Of a stretch of DNA of 64,000 nucleotides, positions 38,220-51,706 are shown in pieces. Made by a program: the position numbers and the translations under genes. Below the pieces are notes generated by a model, which made no database searches, had not been told where the DNA came from, and saw only the letters and a list, made by a program, of their open reading frames with translations. The DNA comes from Camelus ferus (taxonomy: Eukaryota). The DNA lies in the NCBI RefSeq assembly GCF_009834535.1, contig NC_045698.1, forward strand, positions 12,898,001 through 12,962,000, given 5' to 3'. The stretch's first letter is position 1. Every line of letters begins with the position of its first letter.

Positions 38220-39750
38220 GTCTCATCCCTTTAGGTCTTAATTTTGACCAAGATTTGGGAGCCATTTCATGATAAATTTGTGCTGTAGCCCTAGAAATGC
38301 TCATTCCTAGGTCAGGCGAAGATTTCATTGCCAGGTCACTCAGTGCGCTCTTCCTGGACGAAGCCTTGTTAAGGGTAGCCAAAAGTCTCTGAACTGCCTG
38401 TCTTATCAGTCTGTTACAGCCCAGAAAATTGTTCCCTCTTGTTGCTTCTTCCCATATCTAGAGTTTCACTGTGACTCTCATTGATCTTATTGAATTCTAT
38501 ATTTGGTTAATTATTTCAAGTTGCCTAGTTATCATTATTTTTATTAGAAGCTCAGTCACACATTTGTTAATATAAGAAACAATAACCTTATAAAATAGAC
38601 AAAGTACAAGTAATCTAGCCAGTAACATTAGTAATCTCATAAGTGAGTATTTAAACTAAGAACTTACATTAGGTGTAGCCCAGTATATCCTCAGGTCATC
38701 TGACCCAGTCTGCCCCATACCAATTGCCATGCTTAAGGGAAATGATTTACTGGCTTTGTCCATAGTGTTCAACAAAGATGTCTACACGTACAAGGTGAGT
38801 GGTGGGTCATCACGACCCCTTACAGGACTGAGAAACTAATGTTATCTTCTAAGGAGTTACCTTCCTAGCACCAGAAGAGGAAAATTTGCTGTTTATGATT
38901 GAGCAGATTTGGGAGGGCCTGATTTAATTTTTTTTTTTGGTCTTAAAAATGGGAATTTTACTTCATCAGTATCTCAGTCCATTCAAACGCCTATAACAGA
39001 ATACTATAAACTGGATGGGTTATCAACAACAGAGATTTATTTCTCACAGTCCTTGGGACTGGAAAGTCCAAGATGAAGGTCTAGGGAGCTTTCATGTCTG
39101 GTGAAGGCCTGTGTCCTGATTCATAGGTGACAATCTTCTTACTGTGTCCTCATGCAGTGGAAGTGTCAAGGGAAACTTCTAGGGTCTCTTTTATGAGGGC
39201 GCTAATCCCATTCACGAGAGCTCTGCCTTCATGACCTAATCACCTCCCAAAGGTCCCACCTCCAAATATCATCGTGTTGGGAATTAGGTTTCAACGTATG
39301 CATTTGGGGGTGCAGACATTTAGTCTATGGCAGTAGGCTTCTTAGACTGCTTCCCGTCCACAGAAGTTTGCGGTTCTAAGAACTGTTTTTGTTGGAGATC
39401 TTTCTACTTTTTTCAGACCAAGCCAATGCAATTATCTTAAAAACTTTGTAGGACTCTTGAATTTACTCATCTGTCAAAAGACAACATTAACAAATCCTTC
39501 AGGGAAAGCCCTTCTCTATCTTAGGTTTCTACTGAGACTTCAGACAGACAACTCCCCCAGCATTCTTAGCTGTGTGGTTTAAAAGAGAAGATCTAATTGG
39601 CATACATTTCAAATGCTTTGAGGGCTGAGACACTCCCGAATGACATAAATATTTATCGAGGTTTACCCTCTCTTGAAACTCTAGTAAAATGTATTTAAAT
39701 AAAATGTTACCTAAGCAAGTTAATACCCCAGCACCAGTGCATAAATAGTT
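38220..39750 (-). mobile_element. ERV1 internal 3' remnant (non-coding), interrupted by MLT1A
   Basis: Contiguous with the PPT/LTR junction. No intact env ORF. The extent beyond 39333 is uncertain. Confidence 0.5.
38970..39332 (-). mobile_element. MLT1A-type solo LTR
   Basis: TCAGTCCATTC...ATTTATTTCTCACAGT...AAGTCCAAGATGAAGG...CATGACCTAATCACCTCCCAAAGGTCCCACCTCC...GACATTTAGTCTATGGCA. Confidence 0.9.
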
Positions 39751-39839
39751 TATAAAGAAAGTTTACCTAAGGAAAGTACACACATGACTGGAAAATTTAA
39801 ATTTTGAAAACAGAGGGAAAGGGAGTTTTTTGGTCCAAA

Positions 39840-39841
<2 letters not shown>

Positions 39842-39878
<37 letters not shown>
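39842..39878. repeat. (GT)18 microsatellite
   Basis: Perfect GT repeat. Confidence 0.95.
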
Positions 39879-39879
<1 letters not shown>

Positions 39880-41534
39880 ATAAATGTGCATGCATATGTG
39901 TGTGTTGATGTGGAAAGATGCAATAGAAAAAAAAAGATGAAATAACCTTAGCATAATCAGAAACATTATTTACCAAGAGTAAAAATTATTTATTTTTATT
40001 TTCTCTATAAAGGTTATGGGAAATCTCAATTTATATAAATTAAAGGACAATTATAATACAGAAATCTAGGTGCTATAATTTATGGCTAAACTGATAAAAT
40101 GCCATAAGGTTAAGAAAATAAAGGACAAATTATTCTTCCTTTTTTTAAACCCAAGCTTCTCTGAATTAGTTATTTGTCTGTGCTTTGAATGGCACTGATT
40201 AAAATTATTCATAGAGGTTTTATTTGTCTGTCTATATTTGAGGCAAATATGGAAAGCAGTAAGAAATTATTTTATCTAAGAGTATTTCAATATATTATAA
40301 ATAATTTTCCTCCTCTACAATTACTATGAAAACCTCAAAAATTACAAATGAATGAATAAACTAACAAGAGGAAATAAGCATGAAAACTAGTTTAATAACC
40401 TTATCTATCAAACTAATTGTGAATAACTGGAAACACTTCATTCAGAACTGTTTTATAGAGCGATTAAGTGTTATTTGCATAATTTCCTCTTAGAATAAAA
40501 ATAGGTCTAAAATATTTTGTAAAATGGAAGCAGAAAAGCAAATCTGAACCAAATATTTCACAGAACAGTGTGGGAGAGCTAAATTTTCATTTTATACAAA
40601 TTTATGGAAACTTAATCTGAAACAATTTATTCCATTTATTTTTTCATCCAGTCATTAAATCATTCACTCAACACATATTTAGAACTAGCTCTCAGCCAGG
40701 TTTTAAGGCTGCATATTCTCACATAATTGCCAAAATTCAAATTGGTCTCACTGAAAGAAAATACACAATAAACATTCTGCATGTAACTGAAATTTTGAAA
40801 GCCAACATTGTATTGAAAGTCCACTTACAGGAAATGAATGATTTATTTTATAATTGGAACTTCAAAGCCTTTAATGGCTAATGGACTTCTACAATATTAT
40901 GGGTTTTTTTTTCAGTATAAAATCACTGAAGAGAGAATAAATAATGCAACAGGATAGGAAATTCTTTTCTAAATTTTTTCAGATCTTTGACCCTGTCTCA
41001 GCCAGGGAAAACAAATGAGCAAATCTATTTCTGTATGCTAATTTTATTAATAAAAAACTTTTCTTCTAGACTCACTAATTAAAGTAAGACAAATAGTCTG
41101 AGACTATGTATGAGCTGGAATAGACATTTTTTACATATCCAGGGCAACAAGGTTTATCCTTGGTCGGTGTTAGATGAGACTCTAAAGTCTTTTCTTGACA
41201 GTATCACCCACTTTTCTTAGTCCAGCTCTGAACAAAAGTGACTAAACTTTAGTGCATAGGGAAAAGTGTCTCTTTTCAAAGTCTTGAGGAAACCGTAGCA
41301 TAGCAGGAGAAACTAAACAGCAGCCAGGAAGAAAGACTGTAGCTGATGGATTTGACTAGTCTGTTAATATCTCCCTTCTCTTTTCCTTCCTAGTATGGAC
41401 TTTTCAACTGCAAGTAGGATGTCCTGGTGCAAGAACGCAAAGTTAGGATCAGTCATCATACATACTAGTGTCTGTATTTGTTTAGCAATAGTTAAAATAA
41501 CTGTTATAATAAATAAATAAATAAAATAATTTTT

Positions 41535-41715
41535 TGGTTGTTTAATATTGCTGGACATTTATCAAAGCATTGAAAGTCCTTAACCCACACAGTAACCCCA
41601 CGTGGTAGGTAATTTGATCTTCATTTTGCAGATGAGAAAATTGAACCTTATGTGGACTGAGCATGCTGTCCAGGTTTATATGGGCAATACTACTGCAAAA
41701 TTGGATTTGGAATTA
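41535..41715 (-). mobile_element. MIR SINE
   Basis: GTAGGTAATTTGATCTTCATTTTGCAGATGAGAAAATTGA (MIR core, antisense). Confidence 0.65.
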
Positions 41716-44339
41716 AGAACAAACACAAAACAATTAGGCCACACTTAAGGACGGTTCCAGGTTTTGTAAAACGTAAAAGTGAGAGAAGTTTGAGGTCCAC
41801 TTATTCAAAGAAGAGACTACAAAACTAAAAACACTGAATTAGATATGTCACAACACCTTTGCTCTCTGGAGCTGTACTTTTGGGTCATAATTCTGTGTAA
41901 TTTGGCAGAGTGAGCAGTAAGAGTATTGTAGGAAATCATGCTGGCATGACCACAATTACTTAGACATACTCAGAAGTACCTGAAAACCACCTGCACATGC
42001 TCCACTAAACTTTGAATGATTATATACCTTATTGTCCTGGACAATACTTGTTCTCATGGATATTTCCAATGAGTTTATTAATTCTGTCCACTTTAATGAT
42101 CAACTACCTCTGAATTTGAATAAACTAAGCAATCATCCCAGCTAAGACTGAACCGAACCAACCCTAATTCCAACCTTAGCTAGGGAGAAAATTCCTTCCA
42201 TCTGTAATGAATATATTACTAATCATAACTTGTGTTAACTTCAAGTTACTTAAAAATACTTTCTTTAGTACTCTAAATTCTTAAAAATATGTTGAATTTC
42301 TACAGAAAGATTAAAGAACAGTGATGAGTTTATTTCTGAATTTAACAGAGCAATTATAAATAGTTAAATCTAGAAATAAAAAGGAAAAGAAAAAGCACAC
42401 AGCAATAAAAACAAAAGGAGAAAGGATACATCTTCAGTCATCACTTCACACACTTTTAATAGTGGCAGCCATGGGGGAAAAAACCCCCAAAACCCAGAAC
42501 ATTCAAGTATTTGATGGTACAACTTCTCATCCCGTCTCCACCTCCCAGAGGTGATAGAAGATAAAGTTAGTGAATTAAATTTCATACTGTTTCCTAAACC
42601 TTCTGTTTGAACAGAGGCAAGTCGCAGGGAGAAAGAGACAGCCAGGGGAGTAGCCTAGTGGCAGTTTCTGGAGAACAAGTTTATAATCAGCATTGACATC
42701 CTTCAAGAGAAAAGAGGACAGCCAGGGGATCATAGCTTTCCAGGGCTTCCTACTGATTTGCAGGAACAATTTGAGGTCCAAATATAGTCCAACATGGGAG
42801 AAACATAAAACCTTAACCAGGAGGAATGAGCATAGTTCACAAAATTTTGGAATTGAATGTGTACCCAATATTCCATGAAGGCTGACAGCTACCCAACTCA
42901 GCCATCCACTCTTTTTCCTCTTCACATTGTACACCGGGGATTCAAATTGAGACAATCTCCTGAAACCAACCACAGTCTCTAGCTCAAAGCATAAGACAAG
43001 TAGGTTACATATTATGTAAGAAGTATGTCAAAGCTACTTCACGTGTGTGGCATCTGAGAACAATGTTCATGTGAATGATGCTTGAAATAGCCATGACTGT
43101 GCCACTGGATTACAACTATAGCAAAGCAAAACAGAAAGGAAAGAAATAGCATATGGAAGGGAGGTAGAGAATCTCATCTCTAAAAATTAGTTTAAAAATT
43201 AAACTCCAACCATTAAAATAGAGGCATGGCTTTTAAAGGATTCGTATACAGCAATCTAAAGCTTGATTCTCGTGAGAAAGGACTCTAAACACATTGAGGG
43301 ATTTTTTTTTTTTTTTGGCCCATATGTAACTTCACTTTTCAAAGTATTACATATATAGTACAAAATCCAGATTTATGAGTTGTGAACATTATTGACTTTT
43401 TTGATGGTAGTTAAGGGTTTTAAAACTTAAACTACTCTCCTTTCTCCTAATAAGTTTATATGCCCATTTAATGTTAAAATATTGCTCAAAATGTTCATTA
43501 TTATTATAATAAGGTGAAAGTAGTATGATTGTATATTTTCTTTCCTTTAGAACTTTATGTTATGAAACCTTTCAATTTCCTGCAATCTTTGGATAAGTCT
43601 TTCTACCCTTTCTGTCACCCCCACTGTAATCTGATTCTCAAAAAAAAAAAATTCCAATAACTTGTCTGGCAATATATCTGATCCTTTTTATTGCCTGGCA
43701 ATATCTTCCCATATAACCTTTATCTCCATGCTTTGATTGTATGTTAGTGCTGACTGCTTTCAAGGCATGCTACCAGGTTGCCGTTCTGGAAATTCTCTTC
43801 ACTTTTTTCTCATGTTCTATTCCCAGTTTCTCTGATTCTATTTATTACTTCTTAATTTTAAGGATGCTCCTTCTATAGGTTGTTTAAAAATTGTATAGGC
43901 TTTAATTCTCTTAGAGGTAGGTCAAAACAAATGGGGAAAAAGTGCTGTTTAAAACACACGTATCTCCTCTAAGGATTCTGGGAAGTGAAGGAGATATTCA
44001 AAGGAAATATTTGATTAGCTAACTCTTAGGAAAACAGAAGTAAAAATGCCACTTTTTATTGTTTATAAAAATTAGTTACATAGATTTATAGTGATATATA
44101 TTATACTATCAATTATATGAATTGTGCAATTATTTAGAAGTACAACTAGTGTGAACTATTTAGGCTTAAATTGAACCCTAAGAGAAAACTTCCAAACAAC
44201 AGTGACCTAAACATAGAAGATTATTTGTTTCTCCTTCAATACATTTATCCTAGCCCTATATCAAATAGATAATAGACACACACAGAAAATTAAATTAATA
44301 CAGAAACAACTGACCATGCTACGTTAATTTTACACCTTT

Positions 44340-45780
44340 ATTAGAATATAATCAAAGGGCAAAAAGAATGGCAAGGAATTCTTGAACAATTAATAGTCTT
44401 GAGATGTTGGTGGTATTTATGTAGAAATTACAAAAGAAGCTTGTGTATGATGTAGTTGGGGAAAATGAATACACATTTTGATGTTTGAAGTCAGGGCTCT
44501 TGCTGTGGGAGAAGGATATGTAAATAGAGTGGATGAAGTTGAAGAAACCCATGGTGTTGGATTTCAGTTGGAGAGATCAGTGTGAATGCATGGATTTTAG
44601 AGCAACATATTTCTCATCTCCAGAGCCTGTAAGCAGTAACCACCGTAGCAACCACATAATCATATCTAGAGAAGAGTGTGTTTTCTGAACTCCTGGTGCC
44701 ACTAACAGGATCCAGTCACCTTAGAGAAACACTGGATTCCACATATAGGACAAATAAATAATGAGGTGTGCCCAGGATATCTTGTCATACTAGAAAACAA
44801 GAGATGTTCAAAGAATGATGGGGGCATATTATAAACAACAATGACGACAACAACAACACAGACTTAGTTTGAATGTGCTTCCACACTGAGCATCTAACTT
44901 GAGCATCAAAAAGAATAATGATGGTAAATGAACTTTAACACACTAAATAACAAAGAATCCATACGTTCTACATGTTAATCAAAGAGGGAGGTTGGTGAGA
45001 AGAGAAAGCTAGTTAATGTATGTAGAAGGAATAATGTTTGTTTTTACTTATCATCTTGCAAACACCTTGTATTAATTAATTCAGGCAAGGTTCATCAGTG
45101 GATGCTAAAATTGGGTGACCATTGGGTGAAAATTTGATAAAGAACAGGATATTCATAGAGCTTGAAAATGTCACCTTACAGGTTATTTAATAACTCCAAA
45201 GTGAAAGAGACCTCTGCAGAAATGAAATTTGGCAGATCACATTTGTCACCAAACTCAGCATGAAAATATGTGACTTGTTGACACGTATGCCTCACAGAGC
45301 GAAGCAATGTGAAACAGGATGTTGAAGATTGTCACCCATGTGCAGCACACCAAAAACATTCAACCTGAGATATTTTATGTGGAAAGATCCCAGAATGTGG
45401 GATAGTCTACAAGAAAGATTGCCTGAGCACTTGAAAATATCAGTGTCATGGAAAATAAAAATAAAGTGAGGCAATCTGTTCTAAATCAAAAGAGATTCAG
45501 CATAAAAACTAAATGTAATTTGTGTGGGAAAAAAGCTGAAAAGGAGAAATTTTGTGATCAATGAAAAAGTTGATTGTGAGTTGTTTTAAACATAACACTA
45601 CCTAAAATATTCAACACTTATTTGAAAACTTCTTTGAATACATATGAAATCTCTTGAGCGTGATGATATGGTGATGATTTAGAATAATGTTCCAGTTTAG
45701 GAGCTGTATGCTAAAATATTTTGAGGGGAAGTATCATGATGTCTACCTCTTATTTACAAATGTTTTATCAGAAAAATAGT
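44340..45780 (+). mobile_element. Old L1 (L1MC/ME-type) long 3'UTR
   Basis: TCAGGCAAGGTTCATCAGTGGATGCTAAAATT, CCCAGAATGTGGGATAGTCTACAAG and GAAGTATCATGATGTCTAC motifs. Confidence 0.65.
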
Positions 45781-45799
45781 GTGTATGTGTATTTCTTCC

Positions 45800-46275
45800 T
45801 GCATTCAGCTTGGTAAATCATGTTTTTCAAGAAATGTATCTGTATTATCTAAGTTGTCAAATTTATAGTAATTAATTAATTATAGTAATGAGTACACTAT
45901 CCTATAAATTTAAAATAAAGTTTTGGACCCACTATCCTCTTATCTTTTTAACAAAGTATCCCTAGGGAGATTCCATTTTTCATTCCTAATGCTGTTATTC
46001 TGTATTTTCTTTCTTTTTCCCTCTGTGATTAGTCTTACTAGTGGTTTATCAGTTTATTAATCCTTTCAAAGGACCAGTATTTGGCTTTGTTAATTTTCTT
46101 TACATTATGTCTACTTTATACTTTGTTGATTTCTGCTTGTTAATTTAATTTCCTTCTTTCTAAGTTCTTTAGAGATAATTTGCTAGATTTTTGTGGTTTC
46201 TTGAAATAAAAGCATGTATCATTCAACTTTTCATCTTTCGTAATATATACACTTAAAGCTAAAAACTTCTCTCCA
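45800..46275 (-). mobile_element. Old L1 ORF2 fragment
   Basis: TATCTAAGTTGTCAAATTTA and GGTTTATCAGTTTATTAATCCTTTCAAAGGACCAG. Confidence 0.65.
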
Positions 46276-47309
46276 TTATTACTTTGTAAGCCAGTCTATG
46301 GCATTTTTGTTACAGCAGCCTGAATGTACCAAGACAATAAAACATGCTATTTTGATGACTGTTCTTGTAATAATTATAGTATATAAATGTGCTACTTTAA
46401 CACTATAATATAAGAGGGTAGAGTAAACTTTTAAGAAATGAAATGATGAGAAACACCAATGTTTATTTTCCATCGATAATATCTGATATTTAACAAACTG
46501 CATATTATGAAAAACAGAGTAATCACACGTATGATTCACAGAATTTTAAACATAGCACCATGTTTTGATTCTAACTTATAAGGGAATCTCTTTTTTAAGA
46601 AAAGAAAAACAAAAACCCAATAGTAGTGATAATTATATATTACATGTTAAATCATAATTTGAGCTTCTCGACAGTTTTGATTTCCCTAAGATGTCAATTA
46701 CTGTAAATTCATAGTGTTTACACTCTGTTTTTTGTATGGAATAAATGTGTTTAGTGTAACTGTCATTTTGATAATTATAGATCTTAAAAGATTGAGTTAG
46801 CTTCTGGGTATTTAAAATTCTGTGTATGCATACCAATCTAAAAATTATCTCTGAAATCTCTCAGAGTATGGTAACATTAATGCCTTGTATGCACATCCAA
46901 AGTAACCAGGAAGATAACAACCAAACAAATATTTGAACCAAACTGGAGATTAATTTGAAAATTACTCACAAGTGCTGATGCAGACCCAGTGGAATCTTTT
47001 GCCATTAGAATATAAAGACAGCTGGGTCCAGGCAGCAATGTGAACCTCTTGGGATTATAAGGAGGCTACGAGGTGAGATAAACACTTACCTACTCATTGT
47101 CTGACTTCCTTTTCTAGCCATACTAGTTTGGACAGAACCCAGGCAAGGCAAGCCAAGCTGATTATGTGAAATCTGTTGAAGATGTGTATTAGGGAATGAC
47201 TCTGATCTACCTGAGAGGGAAATTATAGTTCTCAGTTCTTCTGTGTATTTGGTAGTTGGAAATTGTAAGTGACTTTCTGGAAGCATACAAACATGAAGGG
47301 CAGATCACA

Positions 47310-47588
47310 GAGTAATACTGTCAACCGCCTACAGAGAGGGGCGACTGCTAGGAGCTGAGCTCCAGGCCTAAGAAACTGCTTTGTGCTGACAATCTAAATG
47401 AGCTCGGAAGAGGAACCCCAGGCTGAGATGAAATTCCAGTCCCATTCAACGCTGGGATTTGAGCCTTGGGAGGCCCTGAGCAGAGAATCCAGCCTCTGAT
47501 CCATGGAAATCGCAACATAATCAATTTGTATTAACTTAAGGCACTGAGTTTGTGGTAATTTGTTACACAGTGACAGAAAACGAATACA
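47310..47588 (+). mobile_element. MLT1 (MaLR) LTR 3' part
   Basis: GCCTTGGGAGGCCCTGAGCAGAGAATCCAGC ... CTGAGTTTGTGGTAATTTGTTACACAGTGACAGAAAACGAATACA. Confidence 0.8.
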
Positions 47589-48549
47589 GCAACTACAAAC
47601 ATTTTGCCATATATTTCCTAGTACACTTGTATCTCTAGGATATATATGGAAGCTGTGTTCACTGGGTTGTAGGTTGTATGTGTCTTAACTTTGCAAGATA
47701 TTGATAAATGGCTCCTATAGGGATTAATCCTCTTTACAACCAACTGTGTATAAAATAGCAGCTGACTTTCTCAGGTGAAAAACTACTTATCAAATTACCC
47801 ATCTTGTAACCAAGACTCTTCTCTGATACTTCATTTTTCTGGGAAAGCCCTTGACTAACATAGTCACATATCATAATAGAATATTATTAACACATTTTTT
47901 TTCTTAAGAATTCATATTGTGGCTTTACCTCTCACATTGCAGAGTATAATAATCACATTCTCAAAGTCATAAATATTACTAAAATAGTATCTAAGGATGC
48001 TAATTTTAATATGTAACTACTGTTTTTTTTGTTTTCCTAAAAGACAGAAGCCTTATTGGCTTATGTAAAATACACTGAAAAATAGTACAATACAATGCCT
48101 GTGTCTAGAGTGTCCTCCAAATTTTTGAACAATGCTGAAATAATCAAAGATCCTTTATACACATTAGAGGCAGGCACAAAAGAAAGGTCACTAATTTTGC
48201 TTCTGCATATCTATAATTGTATGTGTTGCTAAGCAATGGAAGAAAATCACAGCCCTGAAGCTTTAGATTGCTTTTTTCCAACATCCATTGTTAAACAAAC
48301 AAACAAACTCCCTCCCAAGACAAATATATGCAGTGATATAATTTTGCATATATTTTTGGAATGTTGTTCAACACTAACACTTAGACAATAAAAAATTAAT
48401 TTCTCACAGTTAGAAAATATTCTTTGGCTTTTCTTGTGAAACAATTTCAGATTTTTATTTATCATCTTATTTGGAACAAGATAGTTTTCTTCTGAAAGTC
48501 CCAAATAATGTTCAATAGCCTCTTTGATATTTATAGTTTTAACATTTGG

Positions 48550-48620
48550 TACTTTTGGGTTTATTTATTCATTTATTTATAATGGAGTTACCAAGACCTC
48601 GTGCATGCTAAGCATGCACT
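48550..48620 (-). mobile_element. Truncated vic-1-like SINE
   Basis: TTTATTTATTCATTTATTTATAATGGAG...CCAAGACCTCGTGCATGCTAAGCATGCAC. Confidence 0.75.
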
Positions 48621-49306
48621 TGGGGCTTTTAATTCCTCACTTAATATTAGTGACATTGTTGATTTTCTGTATTCCTTCATAATTTTGCTGGGCAGATATA
48701 TGAGGGTGTGCTTGGCTGACCACTCAGCATATTTGTCACACATGCCGCATTTTCTCCAAATAAGCTTTTTTTCTCTGTGAAACAGAAGAAAAAGTTCTTT
48801 ATTTCTTTGTGAAATTACCACCCCTCACCTCCACACTCACACATTTCAAGTCTAGTGATGGAAAAAGCAATTAGGACTTGGTTTAAAACTTTCTAATGAT
48901 AATAATAGTAATGATAAAATCCTGGGTGATGGCCAGCTTTGAGATTGCAGGCCCTCTGCGTGTCTTCAGAAAGCAACCCCTTTGACTGTCTTGCATCTCC
49001 TTTTGACATTCTGTGCCGTTCATCGTGACTTCCATAGGCAAGGATCAGATCTGATGGAACTTTTTTTTTTTAAATTAAGTTGTTGGATGGGTATCAAACA
49101 TTCTACAAGAAACACAATTCAGAAGGAAGAAAGAGCCTATGAAGGTCCTTCAGGCCTTCATGGGTCTCTCTGTCTCTCTAAAAATGGGGACTTTCTGTAC
49201 AGTTTTTCATCTGCTGTGAACCTGCCTTCTTATTGGAACTGTTTTCCTGTCTTTTGTTTTAGGCTTTCCTCAATCCCTCCACTTGTGCCTAAACTGGGGT
49301 CGCCTG

Positions 49307-49342
49307 CCATGCATCTCCATAATACCATGCATCTCCATAATA
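49307..49342. repeat. Perfect 18-bp tandem duplication
   Basis: CCATGCATCTCCATAATA x2, which produces the MHLHNT repeat in ORF 48982..49497. Confidence 0.95.
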
Positions 49343-49379
49343 CCCAGTGCATCCTTTTCCGAACATCATCACATTATGC

Positions 49380-49515
49380 TCTGACTGCATATTTAGCCCA
49401 ACCCCTGCCCCTAAACTGCATATTTCAACATGGCAAAGTCCTTATTGATCCACTATCAGTGACATTGTTAGGTATCCACACAGTGCCTGGAATATAGTAG
49501 GGACTTACTAATTGA
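49380..49515 (+). mobile_element. L2 3' end
   Basis: CACAGTGCCTGGAATATAGTAGGGACTTACTAATTG. Confidence 0.6.
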
Positions 49516-49529
49516 AAACCCAAGCAATA

Positions 49530-49880
49530 TTAGTTTGGCAATTAAGAGCACGAATTCTGGAGCCACACCGCTTGGGTCAGAGTCCAAGTTCTAATACTGA
49601 TAAACCGTATTCGCCTCCAAGATCTCCACATAGGACAACACATCTTATATGCTGCTCAAAACTATGGGGCACCCTTCACATAAACTACAATATAAATGGT
49701 CAAACCTGGGGTCCTCATTGCTGATGGCCTTGGGTAAGTTATTTCATCTCCACTGGTCTTGGTTTTTTCATCTTTAAATTAGGATAACTATTGTTCTTAC
49801 TTCAAAGAGTAATGGAGATGAAAATAGTTAATGTAAGTTAAGTACCAAGAATATTGCCTTCTATAGAGTAAGAGCTTACA
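49530..49880 (+). mobile_element. MIR interrupted by a MER91-like hAT fragment (~49600-49722)
   Basis: TTAAGAGCACGAATTCTGGAGCCAC...; CCTTGGGTAAGTTATTT...TTCATCTTTAAA. The insert contains GGCACCCTTCACATAAACTACAATATAAATGG. Confidence 0.65.
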
Positions 49881-50307
49881 ACTGTGAAATATTTTTATCT
49901 TCTTCTTATAATTATTATTAAATGAGATGTGAAGCAGTCACAACTCTTGCCTGACATTCCATTAAGTGTATAAATCATTTACTATTTCATTACATTTTAA
50001 GGAGTAATCATTAGTTTGTGTCCATTAATTATCTTTACAATTATTGCAAAATAAAAAAATATTCTTTGACTTGTCTCCATGAGCGCTCATCTCTAGGACA
50101 GATACCTAGAAGTTGAATCTGTGGGTCCAAAGATATGCACATGTTCAGCCTAAACGGATGGAGACTAATTGCTTTCTGTGGGGTCGCCATATCAGCTAAC
50201 ACTCCTACCAACACGCTAGTTGTGTTTATGCTCCTGTTTCTCACATCTTTGTCAATACTTGATGTAATCTTGGCCAAGCTGATAGGTGGGAAATATTTCA
50301 TTGGTCC

Positions 50308-50897
50308 TATACTGGTTTTCTATTGCTGCCATAACAAATTACCACAAATCTAGTGGCTTAAAATAACAACCATGTATCATCTCACAGTTCTGTAGATCAG
50401 AAGTCTGGGAACAGAGTGGCTCAGCTGGTCCTGTGTTTAGAATCTCACAAGGGAAGAACCGAGGTGATTGCAGGTCTGTTTTCTTTCTAGATTCTCTGGA
50501 TGAAACTGCTTCCAAATTCCATCAGGCTGATGGTGAATTCAGGTCCCTCTCTCCTTACTGGCTGTCAGCCAGGGACTAGGCTTTGCTGTGAAAGGTTGCC
50601 TGCATTCCTTTTCTTCCTTCCATGTGGTTCCCCTCCAGCCAAGGTAGGTCCAGTCCCTGTCACAGTTTGAGTCTCTTAGGTTTCTTCTTGTCTTAGTCTC
50701 TCCTTCCAGCTGGAGAAGTTCTCTGCTTTCAGGGCTCATTTGATTAGACTGAGCCCACCTAGATAATCCAGACTACTATTCCCATCTTTAGGTCCATACT
50801 CTAAATCACATCTGAAGCATCCTTTTGGCCATGTAATACCAAGGGTTTTAGGGATCAGAGCCTTGGCATCTTTAGGGGAGCATTACTGTACCTACCT
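50308..50897 (-). mobile_element. MLT1 (MaLR) solo LTR
   Basis: TTCTATTGCTGCCATAACAAATTACCACAAATCTAGTGGCTTAAAATAAC ... TGATTAGACTGAGCCCACCTAGATAATCCAG ... CATCTTTAGGGGAGCATTA. Confidence 0.88.
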
Positions 50898-51706
50898 GAT
50901 CCTGTTGAGAATTAGCATGTTTTCTATGTTAATTGCTCATATTGGTTTCATATAGTTTGAGTTGCCTATTCATATACTTTTCCCTCATTTCTTATTGGGT
51001 CATTTATATTTTCTTATTATTTGTTGTGACTTATTATATACTGTGACTAAAATATTTATAAGCTACGTGCATTGGAGTATTTTTAACTTATAGCTTAATT
51101 TTTAAATGAGTTTATGATGTCTTAAAATAGTCAAAACTTTCAAATTTTAGTGTGGTCAAATTTAGCAATAATTTTTCCCTAATATCATAAGGACATTCAT
51201 CTGTATTACCTTCTAAAATTTTTCTGCTTCCTCTTTTCCCTTATTCTTATTCTTTATTGTGTTTTAAATGATCTGAAATTGATTTTAATGAATGGAGCAT
51301 TAGAGATAGGTAATAATTTTATATTTAAAAAGTTGTCACAATACTATTTAATAGTACCAATGTTTCTTCTGGTATGATGTCAAATTACCATATACAAAGT
51401 TTCCATGTATTTCTGACTCTTGAATCACTGCTTTATGACTAACGTCATAATAATATGTAATTATTAACTATAGAAAATCTTTCCTTTCTAATCTTAAGTT
51501 TTCCTTGGTTATTCTTTCCATCTTTGCTCATACTTGTATATTTTAGAGTCAGTTGGCTAAGCTTTGTAAGAACTCCAGGAATTTTAAATACTGGCCCTGC
51601 ATTTGTAGTTTATATTACCAAGAATGGTCCTCTTCATAATCCTAACTTCCTTTCATTGAAAAACATTGTTTTCCATGAAGGTTTTCTTTTATATTTTTTT
51701 GACAGT

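Noticed and set aside
48982..49497. Longest ORF (171 aa)
   Set aside because: Non-ATG start, no recognisable domain, runs through an 18-bp tandem duplication and an L2 remnant.
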